In this document: one piece after another, positions 39,614 through 50,364 of the stretch | Position numbering within the stretch: position 1 is the stretch's first letter | Layout of the letters: each line of letters begins with the position of its first letter | Assembly (NCBI GenBank): GCA_031276195.1 | Contig: JAISNN010000077.1 | Coordinates: 5,165 to 69,164, forward strand | Length of the DNA stretch: 64,000 nucleotides | Direction of reading: 5' to 3' | From: Clostridiales bacterium | Lineage (GTDB): Bacteria > Bacillota > Clostridia > Christensenellales > JAISNN01 | Position numbers and translations under genes: made by a program | Notes under the pieces: generated by a model | Seen by the model: only the letters and a program-made list of their open reading frames with translations | The model's database searches: none | What the model was told of the DNA's origin: nothing

Positions 39614-40981
39614 CTACTTTATATTCCCGAACGCGTCGCGCACCGCGTAATACGACGGTTTGGGGTTGCCGTTCCGGTCGACTATTCCCCAGCGCGTTTC
39701 GGTGGGGCAATCCTCGAAGCCGCAGACGTAGCAGCGATCGGAGTCGCTCCAACAATACAAGAACTCCCCGATGATATACGGATTTTTCGCCAGCCGCGGA
39801 ATCATATCCGCATAGAATTTCGCCTGTCCCTCGGGGGTATGCGGATAATTTTTTAGTACGACGTCGGCGGGCAGTTCGCGGTAGAGGTGATTGCGCATAA
39901 TATCGCTGAAAAGATAGCCCGCGGGGTCGCCGTTCGCGCCTTTTTTGATATCGTTTTGGAAATTTTCGGGCAATTTTTTGACAAAATTTTCGATATCGGC
40001 TTTCGCCTCCGCCTCGGAATTATAGCCGTATCCGCGAAGGATTTCCAGCCTTTCCTCCTCGGTTTTCGGCATTCCGCCGCCGATATAGCCGAATTCGCAT
40101 ATGATGACGGGCAGACCGGTAAAACTCCAAAGAAACGCCGGAATGAAGTCGTAAATTTCGATTCTGTTCATAATCGAAGGACCGCTGAAACAGCCGGCGT
40201 AGATATCGACGCCTATATAGTCGCAGTATTTATGATAGGGTTTCATCGCGCCGTGGTGGTCGGGCTGAGGGCCGGCGGAATTGTAGCCCGTTATGATATC
40301 GCCCTTATAAGGCGCGACCGCTTCGAGTTGAATGCCCATAAAGCGCACCGCCTGTTCCGTGTTTTCGAGCGGATACATAAAGCGCGCGACGCCTAACTCG
40401 TTCGTGATTTGGAGCCCTTCGATGACGTCTTTTAAATCTTGGATCAAAAACACCGCGACCTCTTTTATCGCCTTTTCGCTGTTCGGATCGCGCGGATCTA
40501 TACCTTCAAAATCCAAAAAATCTTCCGGATACGGCGTAACCGCAAAAATCTTTATGCCGTTTTCGGCGTATTCTTGCATTTCGGCTTTCCAGCCCGTATA
40601 CTCCTCTCTGACAATCCGGTTTCCGCCGGCGTCTTTTTCGAAAGGATACGGTATGTCGGCGCGGTTCCATTCGATTCCCGCGCCTTTGATGAGTTCGTAG
40701 TCTTCGTCCGGGTGGCAAATCCCCTTGATAAATCCGCCCGCCTTGGTCTTAGCCGCCGAAACCGCCCCGTTCGTCTTTGGCTTGAAAGGATAGGACAGGA
40801 GCGAAAACGGAACGTAACGTATTATGGGCCAAATTTGCGCGCGCACCATCGGGTCGTCGATCCCGTTGATAAAACCGGTCAAGGCGGCCGCACCTCCCCC
40901 GAACAACGTAACGATGATAATCAAAGTTATCAACAATTTTTTTAAAACCTTGCGCGGTTTTTTCGCCTTATTTTTTGCCAT
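39614..40981 (-). CDS. membrane-anchored glycoside hydrolase (TIM-barrel, clan GH-A-like)
   Basis: 455 aa; N-terminal TM anchor; ITNELG (acid/base NE) and ICEFGY (nucleophile E) motifs spaced as in clan GH-A families (GH5/GH113-like). Confidence 0.55.
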   Translation of the reverse strand: MAKNKAKKPRKVLKKLLITLIIIVTLFGGGAAALTGFINGIDDPMVRAQIWPIIRYVPFSLLSYPFKPKTNGAVSAAKTKAGGFIKGICHPDEDYELIKGAGIEWNRADIPYPFEKDAGGNRIVREEYTGWKAEMQEYAENGIKIFAVTPYPEDFLDFEGIDPRDPNSEKAIKEVAVFLIQDLKDVIEGLQITNELGVARFMYPLENTEQAVRFMGIQLEAVAPYKGDIITGYNSAGPQPDHHGAMKPYHKYCDYIGVDIYAGCFSGPSIMNRIEIYDFIPAFLWSFTGLPVIICEFGYIGGGMPKTEEERLEILRGYGYNSEAEAKADIENFVKKLPENFQNDIKKGANGDPAGYLFSDIMRNHLYRELPADVVLKNYPHTPEGQAKFYADMIPRLAKNPYIIGEFLYCWSDSDRCYVCGFEDCPTETRWGIVDRNGNPKPSYYAVRDAFGNIK

Positions 40982-41394
40982 TGAACAATTCCTCCCTCTT
41001 TAAATTTATCGCTTTACGGCTCTTTTGACGGTTAATAAAATTCTATCAATTTAAAATTCCGCTTTGCGGTTCCCGTATGTTTGCGAAAACGTTCATCGTT
41101 TAAAATTCCGCTTTACGGCTCTTTTATCGTTTACCGTAACGTTCCGTCTTTTAAAATTTATCGATTGAAATTCTTACGGCTTTTAAATCTCCTCTTTTAT
41201 TCTTTACGCTTATTCATTTTAAATTCACAATTACATTATATTGCATAAGAAAGCCAAAGTCAATAGGTTTTGAAAAAATAAATCATAAAATATATGACGG
41301 ATTAAAAGTTTAATTACGGTTCTACACTTTTCCCAAAATTATTGAAAGTTTTTGAAAAAAAGCGGAAATAAGTAAAATACCTTTTTAGTGCGCG

Positions 41395-41528
41395 GATTTT
41401 TCAGATAAAAAACGGCTTATTTTTGAGGGCAATAGCGTTCGCTATTGCCAAAAACACAAGAACGATTACAAAAATACTAACCCTTTCGCCCCACCCCTAC
41501 ACCCCTCCCACGGAGGGGAATTCTTTAC
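41395..41528. repeat. composite interspersed element in inverted orientation (CAATAGCGTTCGCTATTG palindrome module + CGCCCCACCCC..CCCTCCCACGGAGGGG)
   Basis: revcomp gives CCCCTCCGTGGGAGGGGTGTAGGGGTGGGGCGA followed by GGCAATAGCGAACGCTATTGCC, homologous to the internal module of the 61505 and 63419 long elements. Confidence 0.75.
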
Positions 41529-41659
41529 GGCATAGTTTTTGAGTCACGCGGCGTTATTTTTGCGTTATAAAGCATAGTTTTTTGTATAAAGCGTGAATTT
41601 AGAGTATTAAAAATGATTGTAACGCGTTACTTCTCTCAAAATTACTAAAAGTTTTTGAA

Positions 41660-41702
41660 ATGGGGGCGGGGGAAAACTTTTTTCAAAAAGTTTTCCCCCG
41701 CA
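41660..41702 (-). terminator. palindromic terminator element after the ABC exporter genes
   Basis: GGGGGCGGGGGAAAACTTTTTTCAAAAAGTTTTCCCCCGC perfect inverted repeat. Confidence 0.5.
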
Positions 41703-41728
41703 TAAAAAAACACACAAATAAATAATAT

Positions 41729-43633
41729 TTAACTCTTTGCGAACTGCGTATTGTACATTTTCGCATAGATTCCGTTCATTGCCAGCAGTTCTTTATGTGT
41801 TCCGCGTTCTTTCAATTCGCCCTCTTGCATAACCAAAATCAAATCGGAATTGATGATCGTGGACAGGCGGTGCGCGATGACGAAGCACGTCTTGCCCTTT
41901 GTGATTTTGTCTACGGCGTCTTGGACGACGCGTTCGGTCAGGGTATCGATCGATGAGGTCGCCTCGTCGAATATGATGATTGCGCTGCGCCGGATTACGG
42001 CGCGCGCGATGGATAAAAGTTGTTTTTGCCCTTCGGAGAGATTGCCGGCGTCCTCGCTTATAACGGTGTCGTAGCCGTCCTTTAACGCCGAAATAAATTT
42101 ATCCGCGCCCGCCGCCGCCGCCGCTTCTTCGACTTCGCGGTCGGACGCGCCGAGCCGCCCGTAGCGTATATTTTCCCTTATCGTGCCGTGGAACAGCCAA
42201 ATATCTTGCAATACCATAGCGACGAGCCGTCTGTATTCGCACCCGTCGTAGTTTTTTATGTCGCCGCCGTCTATCAAAATCCTGCCCGAATCGGCGGTAT
42301 AGAACCGCATCAAAAGTTTGACCAACGTAGTCTTTCCCGATCCCGTCTGTCCCACTATCGCGACTCTGCTCCCGGGCGTTATATCGAGACTGAGATTCTT
42401 CAAGACGGGCACGCCCGGCTCATATCCGAATGTCAGGTTTTCAAAGGTTACGCGCCCCGTGATGCCGTCGTCCGCCGGAACTTTTTCGGGATTTTCGGAG
42501 GGTTTTTCCTCCTCTTCCGAAAGGAATACGAATATGCGTTCCGCGGCGGCGACCGTGGACTGCACGACGTTTGAAATTTGCGCCGTTTGGTTTATCGGCG
42601 AAGTGAAAGACTTGACGTATTGGACAAAGGCGTACATAATTCCGAGCGTCGTTCCCGTCGGATCTTTTATGGTCAGATACGCGCCGAAAACGACGACGGC
42701 GACGTATGCCAAATTCCCGATAAAGACGACGAGAGGGTTTATCATTCCCGAAAAGGTCTGTGATTTCCACGCCGTTCCGTGTAGTTTGTCGTTCAATTCG
42801 CGGAATTTTTCTCCGCTCCCCGCCTCCATTCCGAAAGCGCGCACGACGTCGTGTCCGCCGTAGATCTCCTCGATACAGCCGTTGACCGCGCCGAGATAGT
42901 TTTGTTGTTCTCTGAAATGCTTTTGGGAGCGTTTCGCGATGATTCTTATGACGACGTAAGAAAAAGGCAGGATCAAAAGCACGACGAGCGTCAAGGGGAC
43001 GTTCATCGTGAACATCATAACCGCCATTCCCAAAATCGTGAATACGGCGGTAACGATTTGCGTCAAGCCTTGATTCAAAGTATTTCCGATCGCGTCCACG
43101 TCGTTCGTTACGCGGGACATTATGTCGCCGTGGGAATGCTTGTCAAAATAGCCTACGGGCAGACGGCTGAGTTTTTTGTTTATGTCGCTCCGCATTTTTA
43201 GGGAGACTTTTTGGGCGACCGTCGCCATTATGAAACTTTGGATATACAAAAAAAACGCGCTCAAAACGTAAAAAACGAACACGGCTATAAGAACGCCGTA
43301 AATCTTTTCTTTTACCTCCGCGTCGAGGAGATTCGCGCCGCCGTAAACCAAACCCTTTACGCCTTCGATGATCATATCCGTCAACGCCGCCATATATTTG
43401 GGCGCGAAAACGACGAAAACCGAAGAGGCGATCGCAAAAACCGCCGCCGCCAAAAGAGCATATTTGTATAAGGAAAGACTTTTCACAAGGCGCGCAAAGG
43501 TTTTTTTGAACTCTACGGGCTTGTCGAGAACGCTGATGACGGTCGCGACCGTCTTTCCGTAGCCGCCGACGAACGACGTACCTTGATTTGTGTCCTTTTG
43601 GGCGGCTTGACCGAATGTGTTTTTTTCGGACAT
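41729..43633 (-). CDS. ABC transporter ATP-binding/permease protein (type I exporter, MsbA/LmrA-like half transporter)
   Basis: 634 aa; 6-TM domain then NBD with GQTGSGKTT Walker A, LSEGQKQLLSIARAV signature, IIFDEATS Walker B, H-loop. Confidence 0.85.
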   Translation of the reverse strand: MSEKNTFGQAAQKDTNQGTSFVGGYGKTVATVISVLDKPVEFKKTFARLVKSLSLYKYALLAAAVFAIASSVFVVFAPKYMAALTDMIIEGVKGLVYGGANLLDAEVKEKIYGVLIAVFVFYVLSAFFLYIQSFIMATVAQKVSLKMRSDINKKLSRLPVGYFDKHSHGDIMSRVTNDVDAIGNTLNQGLTQIVTAVFTILGMAVMMFTMNVPLTLVVLLILPFSYVVIRIIAKRSQKHFREQQNYLGAVNGCIEEIYGGHDVVRAFGMEAGSGEKFRELNDKLHGTAWKSQTFSGMINPLVVFIGNLAYVAVVVFGAYLTIKDPTGTTLGIMYAFVQYVKSFTSPINQTAQISNVVQSTVAAAERIFVFLSEEEEKPSENPEKVPADDGITGRVTFENLTFGYEPGVPVLKNLSLDITPGSRVAIVGQTGSGKTTLVKLLMRFYTADSGRILIDGGDIKNYDGCEYRRLVAMVLQDIWLFHGTIRENIRYGRLGASDREVEEAAAAAGADKFISALKDGYDTVISEDAGNLSEGQKQLLSIARAVIRRSAIIIFDEATSSIDTLTERVVQDAVDKITKGKTCFVIAHRLSTIINSDLILVMQEGELKERGTHKELLAMNGIYAKMYNTQFAKS

Positions 43634-43710
43634 AAAGCGGTTTCCTCCTTTTTTTAGAATTCATTATTTTTTGTTTTTAAAGCGTTTTTTTGAATTTATT
43701 TCTTTCGTTT

Positions 43711-46700
43711 TTAAGCGTTTTTTTGAATTCGCCCGTTTCGTTTTTTAAGCGTTTTTTTGAATTCGTCCGTTTCGTTTTTAAGCGTTTTTTTGAATTCGCT
43801 CGTTTCGTTTTTTAAGCGTTTTTTGAATTCGTCCGTTTCGTTTTTTAAGCGTTTTTTGAATTCGTCCGTTTCGTTTTTAAGCGTTTTTTTGAATTCGTCC
43901 GTTTCGTTTTTAAGCGGTAATAATTCCTCTTCGGGCAGTTGAGACCTTGCCAACTCGCCGTAGGGCGGGCAATCGCGCATAAGTTCCTTATGCGTTCCCT
44001 GACCGATGATTTTTCCGCCGTCCACCATTACGATCTTGTCGGCGTTTAAGACGGACGCGATCCTTTGCGTTACGACTATTACTCCCGCGTTATTTTCCTT
44101 TGTTTCGCGGCTCAGCGCGGCGCGTAAATTCGCCTCGGTCAGATAGTCCAGCGCGGAAAACGAATCGTCGAAAACATACAACCGCGGACGGCGCACGACG
44201 GCGCGCGCGATCGCGAGTCTCTGTTTTTGACCGCCCGACATATTTTTTCCGGCGCGGCTGACGAACGCGCCGTATTTATCCGTTCCGTTTTCGTTCGGTA
44301 CCGTTTTTTCGCCGTTCGGTATTATTTCAACGTTATTCCTTCCTTTTTCTTTCTCGTTTTGTATTATTTCACTTCTTTCCGCGGTTTTCGGCTCTTTTGC
44401 GCCGATGAAATCTTCGGCTTTCGCGATCAAAACCGCCCTGTCCATATCGGCTATATCCGCGTCCTCCTTCCCCGCGGCGAGGTTTTCCCTCACCGTTCCC
44501 GAAAAAAGGCGCGGTTGTTGGGATACGAATCCGATATTTTTCCTCAAATCCTCCTGCCTTACGCGCCTTATATCTATTCCGTTGACGAAAACCGCCCCCT
44601 CGGTCGGGTCGTAGAAACGTAAAATGAGGTTTACGATCGTGGTTTTTCCGCTGCCCGTAACGCCGACGATAGCGGTTGTTTTGCCCGATTTCGCCTCGAA
44701 CGACACGTCTTTCAGAGCGTATTCGCCGCTCCCCGCGTATTTAAATGCGACGTTTTGAAAACGGATATCGAATCTCTTTTCTTTGGCGGCGGATTTTCCG
44801 CCGTTCGTTTCTAATTCCGTATTCGAAGACTTATCTTTATCTTTATTTAATTCCGTTTCAAAATTCAAAGATTTTCCGCCGTTCGTTTTCAATTCCGTAT
44901 TTAATTCCGTTCCGGCGTTAACCGGCTCTCCCGTATATATATCGACGGGGTTTTCGGGGTCGGCGACCTCGGGTTTCGCCGCCAAGATCTCCCAAATCCT
45001 CTTCATCGCGACGACCGCGCGCGGCAAAAAAACGAACATCCCCGCGATCAGCATAAACGCGTAGATTATCTGCACGGTATACTGCAAAAACGCCAGCAAA
45101 CTCCCGGGCAGTATAGAACCGTCGATAAGATAGTTTCTGTCCACCGTGAGGTATATGATTACAACGCCCAAAGCGTTCAAAAACAACATCATAAAAGGAT
45201 TCAATAACGCCATAGTGCGGTTGATAAAGAGGTTCACGTTCGTGATTTTTTGGTTCACGTCCTCATATCTCCCCTCCTCGCGCGGTTCGTTGTCGTTCGC
45301 GCGTATGACCAAAACGCCGCTCAAACGCTCCCTCGTTACGAGATTGAGTTTGTCGAGAAGTTTTTGTCCCGCGAGAAATTTCGGCAAAACCAAAGCGTAG
45401 ACCGCTGCCACGCCGACGGAAATGACCGCGATCATAGCCGCGATCAAAAGCAGCAGCCGTTCGTTTATTCCCAGCGTCTTATGCAGATAATACAGCCCGC
45501 CGCCCACGACGAATATCGCGTAGAAGGTGTTTTTTATCATAAGAAAAAACAGGCTTTGGAGTTGGCTTACGTCGTTCGACGTTCTCGTGATCAAAGACGC
45601 GGTCGAAAATTTGTCGAATTCCGCGTTCGAGAAGGTCTGCACCTTTGAAAAAACGTCGCGTCTGAGATCGCGCGCGACGTTCGCCGCGACGCGCGCCGAC
45701 AACGCGATTATGACCGCCGCCGCCGCTATACTCCCCACGGTATAGAGGAGCATAAAAATTCCGTTTTGGACGATATAATTGATTTGAAGCAGGCGCGTAT
45801 CCACGCCCGCCCGCCCGTACTCGAACTTTTTATAGTCGATATTTCCGAGTTCTAATATATAGTCCGTGATCTCGGGCGCGATTCTCGAAAAAGCGGAGAG
45901 TACAGTATCGGCGAAACTTGACGCTTCGTTTTCGTCTATGCCGAATTCGTCGACCAACGCTTTTACGACGTCCTCTTTTTTTATCTCGCCCGCTTTTGGC
46001 GAAAATTTGCCGTTCACCGCGCCCGAAACGATCTGCATAAACAGCCCTCTTTCGGAATTTCCGTAAATCACGCCCTCTCCGTCCGGGTTTTGTCTCTCGC
46101 TCATAGCCTTTAATTCGTCAAAATATTCGGATAGCGTCCAGCCTTTTTGATTTTCTTTATATTCGTTAAATCCGTCGGGATTGTCTTTCGGGTTTAGTCC
46201 GTTGAAATACGCGAACAACACGGAAAGAAAAGAGTTGTCGCTCAAAAAGCCCACGGACGAAATCGCAAGCATTTCGTTAAACGCCGCGTAGACTATCGCG
46301 GGAATTTTTAATTTTTCGCGGAGAGCGTCGATTTCCTCCTCCGTAAAGTCGTTTTTAAAATATTCGACGTTGCGTTTGAGGAGATACACCTCCTCGCCCT
46401 CGTTTAGTTTCGTATACTTTTTTTTGTATGCCTCGAATTCTTTTTTATCGATAACCCTTAACGGGTTTGTGTAGGCGTAGTTAATCCCGATATAATAATT
46501 TTTAAACTCATCGTACTCCTTGTCCGTCATAAAGAGTTTAATTTCCCCGAAAGTCTTTTGGCTGAAAACGTCGGGGAGAGCGTCGTCGATTCCGTATTGC
46601 CTGATTCCGACGTTTATCATATTGGACATATATTTCGGCAATTCCAAATCGCAGTACGCCTGAATCCCGATCAAGCATACCGCGAGAATAATTATTTTTA

Positions 46701-46734
46701 AATATTTTTTCGGATATTTTAATATTTTCAGCAT
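43711..46734 (-). CDS. ABC transporter ATP-binding/permease protein, heterodimer partner, with about 300-aa N-terminal extracytoplasmic domain, NBD insertions and C-terminal 11-aa tandem repeats
   Basis: 1007 aa; TM1, large loop, 5 more TM; NBD with GVTGSGKTT, MSGGQKQRLAIARAV, LYVFDDSFSALD; C-terminus (LKNETDEFKK[TR]) x6 encoded by 33-bp DNA tandem repeats at 43711-43930. Confidence 0.8.
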   Translation of the reverse strand: MLKILKYPKKYLKIIILAVCLIGIQAYCDLELPKYMSNMINVGIRQYGIDDALPDVFSQKTFGEIKLFMTDKEYDEFKNYYIGINYAYTNPLRVIDKKEFEAYKKKYTKLNEGEEVYLLKRNVEYFKNDFTEEEIDALREKLKIPAIVYAAFNEMLAISSVGFLSDNSFLSVLFAYFNGLNPKDNPDGFNEYKENQKGWTLSEYFDELKAMSERQNPDGEGVIYGNSERGLFMQIVSGAVNGKFSPKAGEIKKEDVVKALVDEFGIDENEASSFADTVLSAFSRIAPEITDYILELGNIDYKKFEYGRAGVDTRLLQINYIVQNGIFMLLYTVGSIAAAAVIIALSARVAANVARDLRRDVFSKVQTFSNAEFDKFSTASLITRTSNDVSQLQSLFFLMIKNTFYAIFVVGGGLYYLHKTLGINERLLLLIAAMIAVISVGVAAVYALVLPKFLAGQKLLDKLNLVTRERLSGVLVIRANDNEPREEGRYEDVNQKITNVNLFINRTMALLNPFMMLFLNALGVVIIYLTVDRNYLIDGSILPGSLLAFLQYTVQIIYAFMLIAGMFVFLPRAVVAMKRIWEILAAKPEVADPENPVDIYTGEPVNAGTELNTELKTNGGKSLNFETELNKDKDKSSNTELETNGGKSAAKEKRFDIRFQNVAFKYAGSGEYALKDVSFEAKSGKTTAIVGVTGSGKTTIVNLILRFYDPTEGAVFVNGIDIRRVRQEDLRKNIGFVSQQPRLFSGTVRENLAAGKEDADIADMDRAVLIAKAEDFIGAKEPKTAERSEIIQNEKEKGRNNVEIIPNGEKTVPNENGTDKYGAFVSRAGKNMSGGQKQRLAIARAVVRRPRLYVFDDSFSALDYLTEANLRAALSRETKENNAGVIVVTQRIASVLNADKIVMVDGGKIIGQGTHKELMRDCPPYGELARSQLPEEELLPLKNETDEFKKTLKNETDEFKKRLKNETDEFKKRLKNETSEFKKTLKNETDEFKKTLKKRNGRIQKNA

Positions 46735-47027
46735 ACCGTTTTTTCCTAAGGTTTTTTTGCGGTCTTTTACTTTTTTTATGAATATCTATAACGTTTTTAG
46801 AATGAATTTTCTTGAATGTCTATAACGAACCGTTTTTTTTGTAAAGTTTCTTGTATGTCTATAACGAATAAATAAACTAACCGTTATTTTTAATCCGCTA
46901 CCCCCCGCTATTGACCGCCGTCCGCCGATATTCCACTAAATTATACCACACTATTATTCAAATTTCAATAATAAAGGAAAAATAGAAAAAAATATTTTTA
47001 AAAATTTTGAAAAAGGCTATAAAAATA

Positions 47028-47056
47028 ATTGACATTGCCGCCTTTTAATTATATAA
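47028..47056 (+). promoter_or_regulatory. perfect consensus sigma70 promoter TTGACA-17-TATAAT upstream of potA
   Basis: TTGACA 47028-47033, 17-nt spacer, TATAAT 47051-47056; about 465-nt leader before potA. Confidence 0.6.
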
Positions 47057-47522
47057 TCAATTTAACGTTCTAACGCGGCTTCACGATGCCGCCCGGACGG
47101 GAAAAAGTAAAAAGAGTAAAAAAGCGACAAAACTATTGTTAAAATCCTTAGCTTTTACCGATTTTATATAATTTTTTTGGAAGACGCGCTTTCGTTTAAA
47201 CGGGAATTCTCCCTTTTAAAAGGCTTAACCGCCGCGCGGCTTCTTTAACCGGGTTATATAATTTCCCTAAAAAACGCGGCTTGTCCGTCGTTTCGTTAAG
47301 GATCTTGACGGTAGTTATTTTTTTGCTTTTTTTATAGCAAGTGTTATAAAAAAGACACGGAGGGACGCGGACTTTTACCGGGCTTAATTCCGAATCCCGT
47401 AAAAATCAGCGCGGAATCGTCTTTAAAATTCCCGAATCCCCTTAAAACTTAGTCAATAATTATCATAAAAATTCGTTTCGTAAAGAATTTTGGATATCCC
47501 TATTCTATCGAGGAGCAAAAAA

Positions 47523-49106
47523 ATGGCGGATAACACGATCATCGAATTAAAAAACGTCTCGAAAAGTTTTGCGGGCGGCGTGAACGTCGTCGACAATATC
47601 GGCTTAAAAATCAAAAAGGGCGAGTTCGTAACCCTTTTAGGTCCGTCGGGCTGCGGAAAAACGACCACGCTCAGAATGATCGCGGGTTTTGAGATTCCGA
47701 CGGCGGGCGACGTGCTTTTGAACGGCGAATCCATAATAAACGTCCCCCCTCACCTGCGCCCCGTCAATACGGTGTTTCAAAAATACGCGCTTTTTCCGCA
47801 TTATAACGTGTTTGAGAATATCGCTTTCGGTCTGAAAATCCGGAATAAGCGTATGATCGCCGAAAAAAAAGCCGAAGCGAAACGCGAAAGCAATGCGGAA
47901 AAAAGACAAGCATTGAAATACAAGTCCGAAGCAAAAAAAGAAAATGATTCCGATAAAAAACAAGCATTAAAAGATAAAGCGAAAGAAACGCTAAAAAGCG
48001 GCGCGGAAAAAAGACAAGCCCTAAAAAACGAAGCCGCCGGAATCAAGGCGAATTCCAAAAATGAAATAGAAAAAAAGGTCAAAACCGTCTTAAAGATGGT
48101 GGGGCTCAGCGACTACGAATACCGCGACGTAAACAGCCTCAGCGGCGGACAGCAACAGCGCGTCGCGATCGCCCGCGCGCTTGTGAACGAACCCGAAGTC
48201 CTCCTCCTCGACGAGCCTTTGGGCGCGTTGGACTTGAAACTCCGCAAGGAAATGCAACTCGAATTAAAGGAGATGCACGAAAAACTCGGCATAACGTTTA
48301 TATACGTTACGCACGACCAAGAGGAGGCTTTGACGATGAGCGATACCGTCGTCGTTATGAAAGACGGGATTATCCAGCAAGTCGGAACGCCTACGGACGT
48401 ATACAACGAACCGAAAAACGCCTTCGTCGCGAATTTCATAGGGGATTCTAATATATTCGACGGCGTTATGCCCGAAGATTTGGTCGTGCGCTTTGACGGC
48501 GCGGTCTTCGAGTGCGCGGACAAGGGTTTCAAAAAGAACGAAAAGGTCGACGTGGTTATACGCCCCGAAGATATATACCTTATGGACGCGTCCAACCCGA
48601 ACGCGCAAGTCAAAGGAAAGGTTATTTCCAGCATATTCAAGGGCGTTCACTACGAGATGGGCGTTATGTCCGAAAATAAATGCGAATATCTCGTGCAGGA
48701 CACGACGAAACGGGACGTCGGCGAAGAAGTGGGTATGTTCGTCAAGCCCTTCGATATACACATTATGAAAAAGCCCTATACGGCGAACGTATTCGAGGGT
48801 GTAATCGCGGAGAACGGCAAGGTCAATTTCGGCGGCGGCGTCTACGACGCGGATACCGAAGGCTTTTCGGAGGGCGAAAACGTCTGGGTCAAGGTATCAC
48901 TGAACGCCGTCGAAATCGTCGACGACAAGGAAAACGGTACGGTAGGCGGCGAAGTTACGACCATTTTATTTAAGGGGACGCACTACCATATCGATATCAA
49001 ATGCGGAAACTTTATATACCACGTCAATACCGACGTGCAATGGGACGACTATGACCGCGTGGGCATAATCATAAAACCCGAAAATATAAAACTCTATAAG
49101 GCATAA
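47523..49106 (+). CDS. potA: spermidine/putrescine ABC transporter ATP-binding protein with Lys/Glu-rich repeat insertion and C-terminal TOBE domains
   Basis: GPSGCGKTT Walker [28 protein letters not shown]-loop; about 75-aa insert (AEKRQALK repeats, about 47840-48085) in the helical subdomain; start set to ATG 47523 ([14 protein letters not shown]) with GGAG RBS; the track start 47490 is TTG. Confidence 0.88.
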   Translation: MADNTIIELKNVSKSFAGGVNVVDNIGLKIKKGEFVTLLGPSGCGKTTTLRMIAGFEIPTAGDVLLNGESIINVPPHLRPVNTVFQKYALFPHYNVFENIAFGLKIRNKRMIAEKKAEAKRESNAEKRQALKYKSEAKKENDSDKKQALKDKAKETLKSGAEKRQALKNEAAGIKANSKNEIEKKVKTVLKMVGLSDYEYRDVNSLSGGQQQRVAIARALVNEPEVLLLDEPLGALDLKLRKEMQLELKEMHEKLGITFIYVTHDQEEALTMSDTVVVMKDGIIQQVGTPTDVYNEPKNAFVANFIGDSNIFDGVMPEDLVVRFDGAVFECADKGFKKNEKVDVVIRPEDIYLMDASNPNAQVKGKVISSIFKGVHYEMGVMSENKCEYLVQDTTKRDVGEEVGMFVKPFDIHIMKKPYTANVFEGVIAENGKVNFGGGVYDADTEGFSEGENVWVKVSLNAVEIVDDKENGTVGGEVTTILFKGTHYHIDIKCGNFIYHVNTDVQWDDYDRVGIIIKPENIKLYKA

Positions 49107-49134
49107 AAAAAACGCGGTTGGTTTGCCGCGGAAA

Positions 49135-49430
49135 TACTTGCGGAATAATACGCTAAAAACACGGCTCTATACCGCGGAATTACGCGCAGAATAATATACT
49201 AAAAAACGCGGCTCTATACCGCGGAATGACGAACGGAATAATATACTAAAAACGCGGCTCTATACCGCGGAAATACTTGCGGAATAATATACTAAAAAAC
49301 GCGGCTCTATACCGCGGAATTGCGAACGGAATAATATACTAAAAAACGCGGCTCTATACCGCTGAATTACGCGCAGAATAATATACTAAAAAACGCGGCT
49401 CTATACCGCGGAATTACGCGCAAAAAACAC
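49135..49430. repeat. about 58-bp tandem repeat x5 between potA and potB
   Basis: unit ACGCGGCTCTATACCGCGGAATTACGCGCAGAATAATATACTAAAAA. Confidence 0.85.
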
Positions 49431-49454
49431 GGCTTTTGTGAGGTTTAAAAAAAT

Positions 49455-50246
49455 ATGAAGAAATTCAAAATGAAAAGAAGTTATCTCGCCCTCCCCTACG
49501 CCGTTTGGCTGACGATATTTTTCTTTGTTCCTATGCTTTTTATCCTCTTTTACGCTTTTATGACAAAGGAGGCTCCGCAAGAATTCACCTTTAAACACAT
49601 AACGGCGGTCTTTTCCTCGACATACGTACAAGGGTTTTTGCGTTCGATTTTCTACGGCTTTTTGGTGACGCTGATCTGTTTGATTTTGGGCTATCCCGTG
49701 GCGTACGTTCTAAGTCAAAAGCGGTTCAAGTTAGGCGGGATCGTCGTCGTGCTTTTCATCCTGCCTATGTGGATAAATTTTTTGATCCGGACGCTGGCTT
49801 TGAAATCCCTTTTTTATTCTCTCGGCATCGCCCTCGGCAAAGGTACGGCGATCGCGGGTATGGTCTACGACTTTCTGCCCTTTATGATTCTGCCGATCTA
49901 TACGACCCTTTTAAAGATCGATAAAAATCTGATCGAAGCCTCGGAGGATCTCGGCGCTCCGCCCTTTACGGTCATTTTAAAAACCGTCCTGCCCTTGTCC
50001 GTACCGGGTATTATAAGCGGCTGTCTTATGGTCTTTATGCCCTCTATGTCAACCTACGCGATATCCGATACGCTAAGCGGCGGCAACTTTCCGCTCATCG
50101 GAACGCTTATCCGCTTAAACTACAACAACAATTGGGGGCTTAGTTCGGCGATCGCCATAATTATGCTGATTTTTATATTTATTTCGATGCTGATAAGTTA
50201 TAAATTCAACGACAAAGAGGAATTGAAAGGAGGAGGGTTATGGTAA
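49455..50246 (+). CDS. potB: spermidine/putrescine ABC transporter permease
   Basis: 263 aa; 6 TM; EAA-like loop (IEASEDLGAPPFTVILKTVLP). Confidence 0.85.
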   Translation: MKKFKMKRSYLALPYAVWLTIFFFVPMLFILFYAFMTKEAPQEFTFKHITAVFSSTYVQGFLRSIFYGFLVTLICLILGYPVAYVLSQKRFKLGGIVVVLFILPMWINFLIRTLALKSLFYSLGIALGKGTAIAGMVYDFLPFMILPIYTTLLKIDKNLIEASEDLGAPPFTVILKTVLPLSVPGIISGCLMVFMPSMSTYAISDTLSGGNFPLIGTLIRLNYNNNWGLSSAIAIIMLIFIFISMLISYKFNDKEELKGGGLW

Positions 50247-50364
50247 AAATGGTAAAAAACGCTTTTAAAACACCTTTCGTCGAGTATTTATCCCGCCGAA
50301 CGCTCTTAAAAAACCTTTCAAAATCCGTATGCGGCCGCGAAAAACGCGCGGAAGGAGGACTGCG

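Noticed and set aside
47057-47522. Riboswitch in the long potA leader
   Set aside because: I found no recognisable conserved riboswitch blocks. The leader contains only weak hairpins and a possible secondary promoter, and is left unannotated.
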